Positions 51,628-61,447 are shown, numbered from the stretch's first letter. The stretch is DNA of 64,000 nucleotides from an uncultured Verrucomicrobiota bacterium (GCA_946533675.1 CAMNBZ010000012.1:4323-68322); one strand, 5' to 3'. Translations and numbers: made by a program. Notes: generated from the sequence alone by a model not told the origin.

Positions 51628-52953
51628 TCAATCCTCGACTGGCCGCCCCAGACGGCCGTTGGCGTTGAGGCGGCGGATCGTCTCCGCCGCGAACCGCGCC
51701 TGGTCGGCGAACGAAAGGCGCACCGGCAGCCCGGACGGAAGGCCCAGGTGCGCGAGGACGATCTTCAGGATCGTCGCCGGGTGCTCGAAGTGCGCGGTCA
51801 GGAGCATACCGAGCGCCAGATAGACGCCGCCCATCGGCGCAATCCCCGCGCAGACCGTCCGGCCCTTCACGTCGCCGCGGCTGAAGCGCGTCTCCATGAG
51901 GAACAGCTCCTCGCCCGTCAGGAGGTTGCGGCACCTGACGCCGACGCCCGCCTTGACGGACAGCACCTCCAGCCATGCGTAGCGGTAGTTCGCGAAGTAG
52001 GCGGCCGCGGCGCGGTCGTAGTCGTCCAGCTCGGCCGTCCGCTTCAGGATGCGCCGGATCGCCGGTTCGCCGTGCTGGTCGTCCATCATCGCGGCAAAGT
52101 CGCCCGCCACCATATCCTGCCTCGGATCAAGCAGAAAACCCGTTTCGGAATCAATGTCCAACCCCAGCCGCCGGGCGGCGTCACGCCGCTCGTTCGGCGT
52201 CAGTTCATTCATCACGACATGACGGACGAACTCCTGCGTGACGATCCGGACGCCCTCGTAATCGTACAGGACCTGCTCGCGTTTCGCCGCGTCTTTGACA
52301 AACTTGAAGTCGATCGGCCCCGTGTCCTGCGCCGGCGGCAGCTCCTCGATCTTGATCGGCTCGCCCGCCTCCTCGTCAAGCGCATCCCCGTCTTCGTCGC
52401 CCGCGTCTCCTTCATCTGCGCCGTCTTCGTCCGCGTCGTCAAGGGACTCGAATTCAAAGAATGTCTCCTCGTCCAGAGGCGGATAGTCGATCTCCCTGAA
52501 ATGATCCCTGGCGGCCGCGAGGCGCTCACTGACGAGCCGGTCCAGCTCCTCGTCCGTCGGCGGCGGGTCGGCGACATTCGCGCCCGCGGCGGCATCGGCA
52601 AGCGAAACACGGGCGATCAGGCGCTCGCCGGTGCGGAAATCGCATCCCGCCGTAAAACAGCAGCCGAATGCGTCCAGCAACGCGTCGATCTCGCTCCCGT
52701 CACCCTCCTCGCAAGCGGCCACCCGGGCCAGGAACCCGTCGAGCTCATCTTCGCCCAGCGGCTCGGAGACGGGCGCGTCATGATCCGGCGCATACCTGTT
52801 GTAGATGTCGCGGAACTCGCCGTAGCTCAGCACACCGTGCAGATTGACCGCCGCGTTGAGGCAGCGCAGCAAGAACACCTCACGCGCGTCGAAGCCTTCC
52901 GCGCGCCACGCGCTCTCGTCGGGATCGCCGATGCGGTCAGTTGGATTTTTCAT
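51628..52953 (-). CDS. Hypothetical protein with central poly-acidic region
   Basis: Start at MKNPTDRIG. The longer track ORF start lies in a low-GC, non-coding-looking region. A D/E-rich linker. No recognised domain. Confidence 0.45.
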   Translation of the reverse strand: MKNPTDRIGDPDESAWRAEGFDAREVFLLRCLNAAVNLHGVLSYGEFRDIYNRYAPDHDAPVSEPLGEDELDGFLARVAACEEGDGSEIDALLDAFGCCFTAGCDFRTGERLIARVSLADAAAGANVADPPPTDEELDRLVSERLAAARDHFREIDYPPLDEETFFEFESLDDADEDGADEGDAGDEDGDALDEEAGEPIKIEELPPAQDTGPIDFKFVKDAAKREQVLYDYEGVRIVTQEFVRHVVMNELTPNERRDAARRLGLDIDSETGFLLDPRQDMVAGDFAAMMDDQHGEPAIRRILKRTAELDDYDRAAAAYFANYRYAWLEVLSVKAGVGVRCRNLLTGEELFLMETRFSRGDVKGRTVCAGIAPMGGVYLALGMLLTAHFEHPATILKIVLAHLGLPSGLPVRLSFADQARFAAETIRRLNANGRLGRPVED

Positions 52954-53264
52954 TCGCGCGCTTCCTTGAGTGAAACTGAGTTGCCAAGAAATCCGTAATT
53001 GCCTCCTGTGTTGCCTCAGTGAACAAACACGAGGCAACAATCCGATCCTGCCAGACGCTATAGACATGCGTCTCCGTAACGCAATAAGGCGCGGCGGGAT
53101 CATTGATCCACATGCGACCGCCACAGACACATCCACATTCATCCGTCATCCATGACATTGAATCTGCATTCGACTTTGCCACGGACAGAAAAGCATCTGG
53201 CGACGCCTCGATCGCCTTACGCCTCGACTCCACGAAACGGACCGTCTGTTCGCCGCCCGACATC

Positions 53265-54140
53265 TCAGCAAGCCAAATCAAGCGGCAGGTCGGAAATATC
53301 CTTGAGCCGTTTGCCGTCAATCATGTTGTTCAACAAAATCATCGCCTCGCCACGACTCCTCGACGAACACGTGCGCACGGCGTCAAGCAATTCATAAAGC
53401 GCAAAATGATAGACGCAGTCAATGTCGCCGGTCCCGAGCGCAAGCGAAGCGATACGCGACGGCGACGGCTCGGCCGTGACAACCACAATGTGCGGCACGC
53501 GCCCCTTTCTGTCACGCATGAGATTAAGCGCCTCGGTTCTGCTGTTCTGCGCGCGGTCGCTTCGCATGGTCCATTTCGCCGATATCGACGCGTGCAAGAT
53601 GTCCCTGCCGCCGTTGCTCTTGCGAAGGTCGGCCCTTTTGCAAAGCGTATCATCAACAAAAGCGTCCAGTTTATTGATTTCCGCATCTTCACACAATCCG
53701 CGCGACACAATCACATCGGGAGACACCAAATAGTCGTTTCCAAGCGCCGTCTGTAGTTTCGGGTTGTTGCGGACGGCCTCCGCAAGGTAGAACAAGTGCT
53801 CGTATTGAGCAAAGTCGGCGGTTTTGATCTTGCTTTTGTTGCCAAGACGCGCAACCGTCCATTTCCCCGGTCGCAGATTCTGAAGCTTAGGGAAAGTCGC
53901 AGCTACGAAATCCGCCACCGCCCCTTCAAAATCCGCTCCCGCAGTCTGCCCCTTCTTCTTTTTCGCGACAGTCTGTGCGCCGAGCGTCTTGGCGATACAC
54001 GTCGCAAGAGCGCAGGAAAACTCGTTTTTCCGGTCTGCATTCGAGGCAACGCCTGTCGTGTCAAAGCAGAGAATCTTCCGCGAAACAAGCGCCTGATGAA
54101 AAGCGCTGCGCGCCTGTGCAAAAACGATCTTACGCGTCAT
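53265..54140 (-). CDS. Type II restriction endonuclease, NgoMIV family (predicted GCCGGC specificity)
   Basis: Start at MTRKIVF with an AGGAGG RBS. GVASNAD, RPGKW, FAQYEHL, LHASISAKWTMRSDRAQN, GRVPHIVVVTAEPSPSRI and ALGTGDIDCVYHFALYEL resemble NgoMIV as recalled. Low GC. Overlaps the methyltransferase stop by 11 nt. Confidence 0.65.
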   Translation of the reverse strand: MTRKIVFAQARSAFHQALVSRKILCFDTTGVASNADRKNEFSCALATCIAKTLGAQTVAKKKKGQTAGADFEGAVADFVAATFPKLQNLRPGKWTVARLGNKSKIKTADFAQYEHLFYLAEAVRNNPKLQTALGNDYLVSPDVIVSRGLCEDAEINKLDAFVDDTLCKRADLRKSNGGRDILHASISAKWTMRSDRAQNSRTEALNLMRDRKGRVPHIVVVTAEPSPSRIASLALGTGDIDCVYHFALYELLDAVRTCSSRSRGEAMILLNNMIDGKRLKDISDLPLDLAC

Positions 54141-55653
54141 TTTTAAGGCACCTCCTGATCTGAATCCCGACAGCCTTTGCAACGGGCGGCGGGAATGCGT
54201 TTCCTATCATGCGGCAAGCGGCCGTCTTGCGGTTGCCAAAAAACCAACCGGGCGGGAAACCCTGAATCCGTGCTATCATCTCCTTGGTCAACTTCGGGCT
54301 GCCGACAAAGTCCTTTGCCGGCGGTTCGTTTGCGATACCAAGGCCATCGACACCGAGTTCCGCCCATGCGCGGCGCGCGCGCGTCGGCCCGAGGTCAGGG
54401 CCGCCGTGCTTCTTGCTGCCGCCGACAATGGTTGGCGCGATCTTATCAGCCTTGGCGACCCATTCATCAAGGCCACGCCATCCATTCGCACCCATGAGCT
54501 CTTTGAGCGCCTTCCCTACCGTCGGGGCGGCCTGACGATTCACCGCAGGATATGCGAACGCCCCTTTTTCATCGTTGCGGATGCCAACGATCACAACCCT
54601 TGGACGAATCTGCGGGACGCCATAGTCGCTTGCCTGGAGCAGCTTGATGTCGGCACGATAGCCCAAGCGCCTGATTGCAGTCAAAATGCTGTTGCGATAA
54701 CCCTCAAACTTCGGATCAAGGAAGCCGCGCACATTCTCAAGCATCACCGCACGCGGACGCATCTCCGCAATCAACCGGATCGCCTGCGGGAAGAGGTCGC
54801 GCTCGTCATCCGCCCCCAACTGCTTCGATGCAACCGAAAACGGCGGGCACGGGACACCGCCAGCCAGCAGATCGATGCCTTGGTAAGGCGTGCCATCAAA
54901 ATCATGCACATCACCGCAGATGACGTTCCAGTCGGGCTTGTTTTCCCTCAGCACCTTGCAATAATCATGCTCATACTCGACAAGCGCCACATGCCTGAAT
55001 CCGGCGCGATCAAGGCCGAGCGCCTGCCCGCCCGCTCCCGCACATATCTCGACGCACGTCAACTCGCCATCTCTTCTCGCCGCGCCAACCAGACTGCGGG
55101 CAATTTGAAGGCCATAGTCAAAGCCGTCGTTCGTCTGAAAGAAATCGTCCTGAACCGGATTGAAGGTCGTGGCGGATTTCCAGCGCTTGACGTAGGGCTT
55201 CAGGCAATCGAAGACGTACGGCATCGACTTTCCGCCCGTGACGGGATAGGGCTTCGAGTAGAACGCCTCGTCGATCTTCACGCACGGGCAGCGCGCCGAG
55301 CTGACATAGACGTTCGCCGACCTGCGCCCCAGAAGCTTCGCGGGCGTCGCCTCGGCGACCAGCTCGTACAGCGCATATTTCTCGCCGTGCGGCCGCGCGG
55401 CCGGCGAATAGCCGCTCCGCGTCAGCGCCGCACCGTCCGTCACCTCCTTGAATTTCGCCGTGAACGCATAGTTCGGCTTCCCTTCGGCAAACAGCACGAC
55501 TCCCGAAATCTTTTCGTGGAAGGCCAGTTTGCCGCATTTCGGCAGCGGCAGATTGTAGAGCCGTTTCTCTGCGATCCACCGCTCGTTCGCAGGGCGATAG
55601 GTCCCTACGAGCACCGTGGCGTCAGCCGAGGCCGATTTGCGGGAAGCAGCCAT
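54130..55653 (-). CDS. DNA (cytosine-5)-methyltransferase with ~190-aa N-terminal extension of unknown function
   Basis: The C-terminal 310 aa carry ICAGAGG (motif I), GVPCPPFS (IV), ENV (VI), QIRPRV (VIII) and GNAFPPPVAKAVG (X). There is no stop across the N-terminal extension. Only 7 nt separate it from the gltX stop. Confidence 0.8.
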   Translation of the reverse strand: MAASRKSASADATVLVGTYRPANERWIAEKRLYNLPLPKCGKLAFHEKISGVVLFAEGKPNYAFTAKFKEVTDGAALTRSGYSPAARPHGEKYALYELVAEATPAKLLGRRSANVYVSSARCPCVKIDEAFYSKPYPVTGGKSMPYVFDCLKPYVKRWKSATTFNPVQDDFFQTNDGFDYGLQIARSLVGAARRDGELTCVEICAGAGGQALGLDRAGFRHVALVEYEHDYCKVLRENKPDWNVICGDVHDFDGTPYQGIDLLAGGVPCPPFSVASKQLGADDERDLFPQAIRLIAEMRPRAVMLENVRGFLDPKFEGYRNSILTAIRRLGYRADIKLLQASDYGVPQIRPRVVIVGIRNDEKGAFAYPAVNRQAAPTVGKALKELMGANGWRGLDEWVAKADKIAPTIVGGSKKHGGPDLGPTRARRAWAELGVDGLGIANEPPAKDFVGSPKLTKEMIARIQGFPPGWFFGNRKTAACRMIGNAFPPPVAKAVGIQIRRCLKNDA

Positions 55654-55659
55654 CGTCCG

Positions 55660-56985
55660 TCAGCCGCAAAGCGTGTCCGCCGCCCGCTGGAGGCGCGCGA
55701 GCGTCTTGTCCTTGCCGAGGAGCTGGAGCATTTCAAAGAGGCCGATGCCTTCGCCGCGGCCCGAGACCGCGACGCGGATCGGATGGACCCACGGCCCCAT
55801 GCCGTTGCCCTGCGAGAGGCCCTTGACGACCGCCTCGAGCGCGGGCGCCGTCCAGTCGGCGACGGCACCGAAGCGCTGGATGAGGTCGAGCAGGATGTCC
55901 TTCACGCCCGGCTTCTTCAGCCGCTTCTCCACCGCCTTCTCGTCAAACGGGAAGTCGTCGGAGACGAAGCAGCGGATCGCCGCCGGAATGTCGTTCAGGA
56001 ACTTGGTGCGCACCTGAAGCTGCTCGGCGAGATAGTTCCACCAGGCGGCATCGTGCTCGGGGACGCGAGACGTGAGAGTGGAGACGCGGTTCTTGATCTC
56101 TTCCACGAACTGCGCAAGGGGGATCTTCTTGATGTACTCGCCGTTCATCCACGCGAGCTTCTTCGGGTCGAACATCGCGGCGGTGACGTGGACCTTCTCC
56201 AGCTCGAAGAGCTCGATCATCTCTTCGCGCGTCAGCACCTCGCGGTCGTCGCCCGGGTTCCAGCCGAGCAGCAGCAGGTAGTTGAAGAGCGCCTCGGGGA
56301 GATACCCCTGCTCGCGGTACTCGCCGACGAACGCCGCGCCGTCGCGCTTCGAGTAGGGCTTGCCCTGCTGGTTGACGATCATCGACAGGTGCCCGTACTT
56401 CGGCACCGGCGCGCCGAGCGCCTTGAAGATGCAGATGTGCTTGAACGTGTTCTCCACGTGGTCGTCGCCGCGGATGATGTGCGTCACGCGCTGGTCGATG
56501 TCGTCGACGACGTTCGCGATGTGGAAGATCGGCGAGCCGTCGGAGCGGACGATCGCGAAGTCCGGAATGTCCTCGGCCTTCTTGGCCATGTGGCCCTTGA
56601 CGATGTCGTCGAATTCGATGACGCCCTCCTTCGGCATCCGGAACATCGTCACGACGCCCGTCTTGCCGTCGCGCGACGTCTTCTCGACCTTGTAGGCGTG
56701 GCCCGAGGCGAGCAGCCGGTCGACGGCCTCCAGATGGCGCTTGACGTTCTTCGTCTGGTAGAAGACCTCCTCGTCCCAGTCGAGGCCGAGCCACTTCATG
56801 CAGTCGAAGAGGACGGCGATGGCCTCGGGCGTGGAGCGCTCGAGATCCGTGTCCTCGATGCGCAGCAGGAACCTGCCGCCCGTGTGGCGCGCGAACAGCC
56901 AGTTGTAGATGGCCGCGCGGATGTTGCCGATATGCACCTTGCCCGTCGGCGACGGCGCAAAGCGAACGCGAATGTCGTTGTTCAT
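55660..56985 (-). CDS. gltX: Glutamate--tRNA ligase
   Basis: Start at MNNDIRVRFAPSPTGKVHIGN (HIGH). KMSKS-like region. The upstream part of the track ORF is an artefact. AGGAGAG RBS. Confidence 0.9.
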   Translation of the reverse strand: MNNDIRVRFAPSPTGKVHIGNIRAAIYNWLFARHTGGRFLLRIEDTDLERSTPEAIAVLFDCMKWLGLDWDEEVFYQTKNVKRHLEAVDRLLASGHAYKVEKTSRDGKTGVVTMFRMPKEGVIEFDDIVKGHMAKKAEDIPDFAIVRSDGSPIFHIANVVDDIDQRVTHIIRGDDHVENTFKHICIFKALGAPVPKYGHLSMIVNQQGKPYSKRDGAAFVGEYREQGYLPEALFNYLLLLGWNPGDDREVLTREEMIELFELEKVHVTAAMFDPKKLAWMNGEYIKKIPLAQFVEEIKNRVSTLTSRVPEHDAAWWNYLAEQLQVRTKFLNDIPAAIRCFVSDDFPFDEKAVEKRLKKPGVKDILLDLIQRFGAVADWTAPALEAVVKGLSQGNGMGPWVHPIRVAVSGRGEGIGLFEMLQLLGKDKTLARLQRAADTLCG

Positions 56986-58454
56986 TTCTTTTTCTCTCCT
57001 TGACAGTGGGGACAGTGCGCACAGTGGTAGCTGTCGCCCGTGACGGCGACGTCGCGGCCCGTCCAGCAGTAGGTGCACAGGTGATCTTCCGGCAGGCCGA
57101 TCGCCTTGATGAGATCGTCGATGCGCTGGAACGCGAGCGAGGTCAGGTTCAGCTTCTCGCGGATGAACTCGACCATGTTCGCGTAGTCGGGGCTGTCGGG
57201 ATCCGTGTACTTCGCGAGATCCGCGCCCTCGCCCTCGTGCCCGCGCACGTAGCGCCGCGTGATGAGGTCGTAGACGCTCTTCGAGCGCGAGAAGTTGAGG
57301 AAGAGGCAGGGATAGACGAGCGGCGGGCACGCGATGCGCATGTGCGTCTCCTTGCAGCCGAGCGCATAGAGCCGCGCCGCCTGCTTGCCAAGCTGGGTAC
57401 CGCGCACGATCGAGTCGTCGCAGAAGACGAGCTTCTTGTCCTTGATGAGCCCGGGGATCGAGATGAGCTTCATCGACGCGACGTGCTCGCGCTGGCGCTG
57501 GTCCTGCGGCATGAACGAGCGCGCCCACGTCGGCGTGTACTTGACGAACGGCCGCGAGAACTTGATGCCCGCCTCGTGCGCGTAGCCGAGCGCGTGGGAC
57601 GTGCCCGAGTCGGGGATGCCGCACGCCGCGTCCGCGTCCGTCGGCGTCCGCCGCGCGAGCGCGCCGCCGCAGCGGTAGCGCGTCATCTCGACGTTGCGCC
57701 CCTCGTAGGTCGAGGCCGGATAGCCGTAGTAGACCCAGAGGAACGAGCAGATCGCCATCTTCTTTCCCGGCTCGACGAGCGTGATGTCGGCCTCGGGCGT
57801 CAGCTCCGCGACTTCGCCCGGCCCGAGGTCGCGCACGTAGTCGTAGCCGAGGTTCGGCAGCGCGCAGCTTTCCATCAGCGCGATCATCGCGCCGTCCTTC
57901 TTGCCGAGGATGACCGGCGTGCGGCCCCAGCGGTCGCGCGCGGCGTAGAGCCGCCCCTTCTCGTCCACGATGAGGAGCGAGCAGCTGCCCTTGACCTTCG
58001 CCTGCACGTACTTGATGCCGTCGATGAGCGTGGCCTGGCTCGCGATCAGCGCGGAGACGACCTCGGTCGGCCCGACCATGCCGCTCGTCGTGGAGAACTG
58101 GAGCTGCATGTTGCTGTTGGTGAAGAGCTCCGTCTTCAGCTCGTCGATGTTGGAGATCATCCCGACGGTGACGATGGCGAAGGTGCCGAGCTTCGAGCAC
58201 ATGACGAGCGGCTGCGGGTCGGTGTCGGAGATGACGCCGATGCCGACCGCGCCCGCGAAGCGCGCGAAGTCGCCCTCGAACTTCGAGCGGAACGGCGCGT
58301 TCTGGATGTTGTGGATCGAGCGCTGGAAGACGCCGTCCGGCTTCAGCACCGCCAGGCCGCCGCGGTGCGTGCCGAGGTGGGAATGGTAGTCCGTGCCGAA
58401 GAACAGATCGCTCACGCAATCCGACTTGGTGATCACTCCGCAAAATCCGCCCAT
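56982..58454 (-). CDS. purF: Amidophosphoribosyltransferase-like (class II glutamine amidotransferase + PRTase, Fe-S type)
   Basis: 490 aa. MGGF propeptide followed by the nucleophile Cys (CGV). PRPP motif LVFCDDSIVRGTQ. C-terminal Cys cluster CTYC...CAHCPHC. ATGA overlap with the gltX start. Confidence 0.7.
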   Translation of the reverse strand: MGGFCGVITKSDCVSDLFFGTDYHSHLGTHRGGLAVLKPDGVFQRSIHNIQNAPFRSKFEGDFARFAGAVGIGVISDTDPQPLVMCSKLGTFAIVTVGMISNIDELKTELFTNSNMQLQFSTTSGMVGPTEVVSALIASQATLIDGIKYVQAKVKGSCSLLIVDEKGRLYAARDRWGRTPVILGKKDGAMIALMESCALPNLGYDYVRDLGPGEVAELTPEADITLVEPGKKMAICSFLWVYYGYPASTYEGRNVEMTRYRCGGALARRTPTDADAACGIPDSGTSHALGYAHEAGIKFSRPFVKYTPTWARSFMPQDQRQREHVASMKLISIPGLIKDKKLVFCDDSIVRGTQLGKQAARLYALGCKETHMRIACPPLVYPCLFLNFSRSKSVYDLITRRYVRGHEGEGADLAKYTDPDSPDYANMVEFIREKLNLTSLAFQRIDDLIKAIGLPEDHLCTYCWTGRDVAVTGDSYHCAHCPHCQGEKKK

Positions 58455-58531
58455 AGAACCTCCTGAAAATGAAGTAAGTAGTATATCAAAAATCAGCTGG
58501 ATGGCTCAAGCCTGAAGGGCTGGAGACGCAG

Positions 58532-58600
58532 GACGCAGTGGACGTCCTGCGTCACAGGCTCTTCAAGCCTGTGACACCCGTCAAGCCTGTGACACCCGTC
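58532..58600. promoter_or_regulatory. Palindromes plus 2x18-bp direct repeat between recJ 3' end and the purF-like promoter
   Basis: GACGCAGTGGACGTCCTGCGTC, TCACAGGCTCTTCAAGCCTGTGA, and CAAGCCTGTGACACCCGT x2. Confidence 0.45.
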
Positions 58601-60302
58601 AGTCCTGGACGCGGAGATCGACGAGGCGCAGTTCGACGTGCGGCTCGCCGTAGGCCGAGATCTCGATCGTGAAGCGCACGTCAAAGGGGTGTGCGGCGTT
58701 GCGGTGGAGCTCCTCGGCCAGCGTGCCGTGGTTCCACCAGACGCCGCGCGGCACGTCGGAGCTGTAGAAGCAGACCTGGAGGTGCCGACCGTCCGCGCCG
58801 AGCTGCCGCGCCTCGCTCAGGTACACGCCCTTCAGGCCGAACACCGGCTCGGGATTGCCTTCGCCGAACGGTTCGAGCGTCTGCACCCATTCGGCGAAAT
58901 CAAGCGTCAGATCCCGGCCCGTCACCCACGCGTCGACGTAATCGACGCCCTTCGCGTCGCACGCGCGCGCCGCGCGCTGCCCCGCGCACGCCGCGCGGAA
59001 GAGCCGCTTGAATTCGTCGAACGCGCCCTCCCTGACCGAGAAGCCGCCCGCCGCCGCATGGCCGCCGTAGCGCGTGAGCGCGGCCGCCGACGCGACGAAG
59101 GCGTCGCGGACGTTGTAGCCCTCGGGCGCGCGCGCGGAGCCGTGGCCGTCGACCGCGATCGCGACCGGCACGGCATGGTCGGGCTTGAGCTTCTCCAGGA
59201 TGCGCGAGGCGACAATGCCCGCGACGCCCTGGTGCGCGCCCTCGAGCGCGATGACCTGCGCCGGCGCGTCCGGCTCGATCTGCTCCAGCGCCGCGTTCGT
59301 CATCTGCTGTTCGATCGACTTGCGCTCCGTGTTGTGGAGATCCACCGTCAGGGCCAGCCGCCGCGCCGCCTCGCGCTCGCCGGCCAGGATCAGGTTGAGC
59401 GACTCGATGCCGCTCGCCATCCGCCCCGCCGCGTTGATGCGCGGGCCGAGGAGGAAGCCGAAATCCTTGGCGGTCAGCTTCGGCTGCGCGGCGCGGGAGG
59501 CGCGCGCGTACAGTTCCTTCAGACCCGTCGGCGCCCACGCATGGAAGCGCGCGAGCGCCTCGGAGACGAGCAGGCGGTTCTGGCCGGTGAGCGGCATGAT
59601 GTCCGTCACCGTCGCGAGCCCCGCGAGGACGAGCAGCTCGCCGCCGACCTTCGGGCCCGTGTAGCGGCCCTCCGCCTTCGCCGCGTCCAGCAGCTCCTTC
59701 GCGAGGAGAAACGCGACGCCCGCGCCGCACAGGCTCTCGAGCGACGGCGGCGCGGCGACCTTGGGGTTGACGATCGGGCACGCGGGCAGCTCGTCGCCCG
59801 GCAGGTGGTGGTCGGTCACGACGACGTCGATGCCCTTGGCCGCGAAGTCCGCGACTTCCCGGACCGCGTTGATGCCGTTGTCGACGGTGATGACGAGCCG
59901 GACGTCGGGGAATTCGGCGAGGAGCCGCGCGATCGACGCGGCGGTCATGCCGTAGCCCTCCGTCAGCCGCTCGGGGATGAGCGGCGCGACGTTTGCGCCG
60001 ACCGCCGCGAGCGCCTTGACGAGAATCGCCGTCGCGCACACGCCGTCGCAGTCGTAGTCGCCGAAGACGACGATACGCGCGCCCGTGCGCACGTGGCGCA
60101 GGATCGTCCGCACTGCGTCGGTGACGCCGGGCAGATCCGCGGGCCGCGCCAGATGGGCGAGCGACGGCGCGAAGAACGCGGCCGCCTCCGCGACGGAAAC
60201 GCCGCGCACGGCCAGCAGCCGCGCCTGCAGCGGCGTATAGCCGGCCGCCACCAGCGCGTCGATGTCCGCCGCGTCTACGCGCCGCTCTTCCCAACGGGCC
60301 AC
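58599..60302 (-). CDS. recJ: Single-stranded-DNA-specific exonuclease RecJ
   Basis: 567 aa. DHH motifs (FGDYDCDG and VVTDHH) and a DHHA1 domain. Confidence 0.85.
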   Translation of the reverse strand: MARWEERRVDAADIDALVAAGYTPLQARLLAVRGVSVAEAAAFFAPSLAHLARPADLPGVTDAVRTILRHVRTGARIVVFGDYDCDGVCATAILVKALAAVGANVAPLIPERLTEGYGMTAASIARLLAEFPDVRLVITVDNGINAVREVADFAAKGIDVVVTDHHLPGDELPACPIVNPKVAAPPSLESLCGAGVAFLLAKELLDAAKAEGRYTGPKVGGELLVLAGLATVTDIMPLTGQNRLLVSEALARFHAWAPTGLKELYARASRAAQPKLTAKDFGFLLGPRINAAGRMASGIESLNLILAGEREAARRLALTVDLHNTERKSIEQQMTNAALEQIEPDAPAQVIALEGAHQGVAGIVASRILEKLKPDHAVPVAIAVDGHGSARAPEGYNVRDAFVASAAALTRYGGHAAAGGFSVREGAFDEFKRLFRAACAGQRAARACDAKGVDYVDAWVTGRDLTLDFAEWVQTLEPFGEGNPEPVFGLKGVYLSEARQLGADGRHLQVCFYSSDVPRGVWWNHGTLAEELHRNAAHPFDVRFTIEISAYGEPHVELRLVDLRVQD

Positions 60303-60311
60303 CGGTCCGCC

Positions 60312-61337
60312 TCAAATCTTGACTTCATGGCACCAGCCGCGCGTGTCCGGGATCTCGCCGTACTGGATGCCCTGGACGGTCTGGTACAGCTTGAGGAGCG
60401 TCGGGTGCACCTCGTCCGCAGCGGAGATCCGAATCACGTCGCTCCCGCGCGTGATCTCCCACACGGGCGTGATCACGACGGCCGTGCCGAGCGCGGCGAC
60501 GGCGACGAAATCGCGGATCTCCTCGTACGGGATCGGGCGGCGCTCGACGGTCATGCCGAGATCCTCCGCCGCCTCGCGCAGCGAGAGATTCGTGACCGAC
60601 GGCAGCACCGAGCAGGAGTCGGGCGTGACATATTTTCCGTCCTTCGTGATGCCGAGGAAGTTCGAGGTGGAGAATTCCTCCACGTACTTGTGCTCCTTCG
60701 CGTCGAGGTAGAGTTCGACAGGCCAGCCGTCGTGCTTGGCCTTCTCGTGCGCGAAGAGCGACGCGGCGTAGTTGCCGCCGACCTTGACGTCGCCCATGCC
60801 GTGCGGCGCGGCGCGGTCCCAGTCGTCGAGGATGACGGCGCGCACGGGCTTGAGGCCGCCCTTGTAGTACGCGCCCACCGGCATGACCATCACGAGGAAG
60901 GTGTACTCCTTCGCGGGTGCGACGCCGATCTGCGGGCCGGTGCCGATGAGGAGCGGGCGCAGGTAGAGCGAGCCGCCGGTGCCGTAGGGCGGCACGAACT
61001 CCTCGTTCGCCGCGACGATCCGGTCGAGCGCCTCGATGAACATCTCCTCGGGCACGGGCGGCATGACGCACCGCACGGCCGTGCGGTACATGCGCCGCGC
61101 GTTCTCGCCGGGGCGGAAGATGACAACCCGGCCCGACTTCTGGCGGAAGGCCTTGATGCCCTCGAAGCACTCCTGCCCGTAGTGGAGGCAGCTCGCGCCG
61201 ATGTGCATCGTGATGTACGGATCCTTGACGAATTCGAGCGGGCCCCACTTGCCGTCCTTCCACACCGCGCGGATGTGGCAGTTGACGTCCGAGAAGCCGA
61301 AACCGAGACTCGCCCAGTCGATATCTGTCCTTGGCAT
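60312..61337 (-). CDS. ilvE: Branched-chain amino acid aminotransferase
   Basis: 341 aa with fold-type IV PLP enzyme sequence (…EGIKAF…, …TSNF…). Confidence 0.9.
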   Translation of the reverse strand: MPRTDIDWASLGFGFSDVNCHIRAVWKDGKWGPLEFVKDPYITMHIGASCLHYGQECFEGIKAFRQKSGRVVIFRPGENARRMYRTAVRCVMPPVPEEMFIEALDRIVAANEEFVPPYGTGGSLYLRPLLIGTGPQIGVAPAKEYTFLVMVMPVGAYYKGGLKPVRAVILDDWDRAAPHGMGDVKVGGNYAASLFAHEKAKHDGWPVELYLDAKEHKYVEEFSTSNFLGITKDGKYVTPDSCSVLPSVTNLSLREAAEDLGMTVERRPIPYEEIRDFVAVAALGTAVVITPVWEITRGSDVIRISAADEVHPTLLKLYQTVQGIQYGEIPDTRGWCHEVKI

Positions 61338-61447
61338 TGTTAATCCTTATTTTGTTGTTTTGTTTTTTGTTTAAAAGTTTTCTGAAAGTCGTTGACGGAT
61401 AGTATATCACATTCTGCCGCCGGATGGGAACAGCGGGCGGCGGCGCT

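Noticed and set aside
53103-53756. 217-aa + strand ORF
   Set aside because: Antisense to the NgoMIV-like endonuclease gene, whose frame carries the family motifs.
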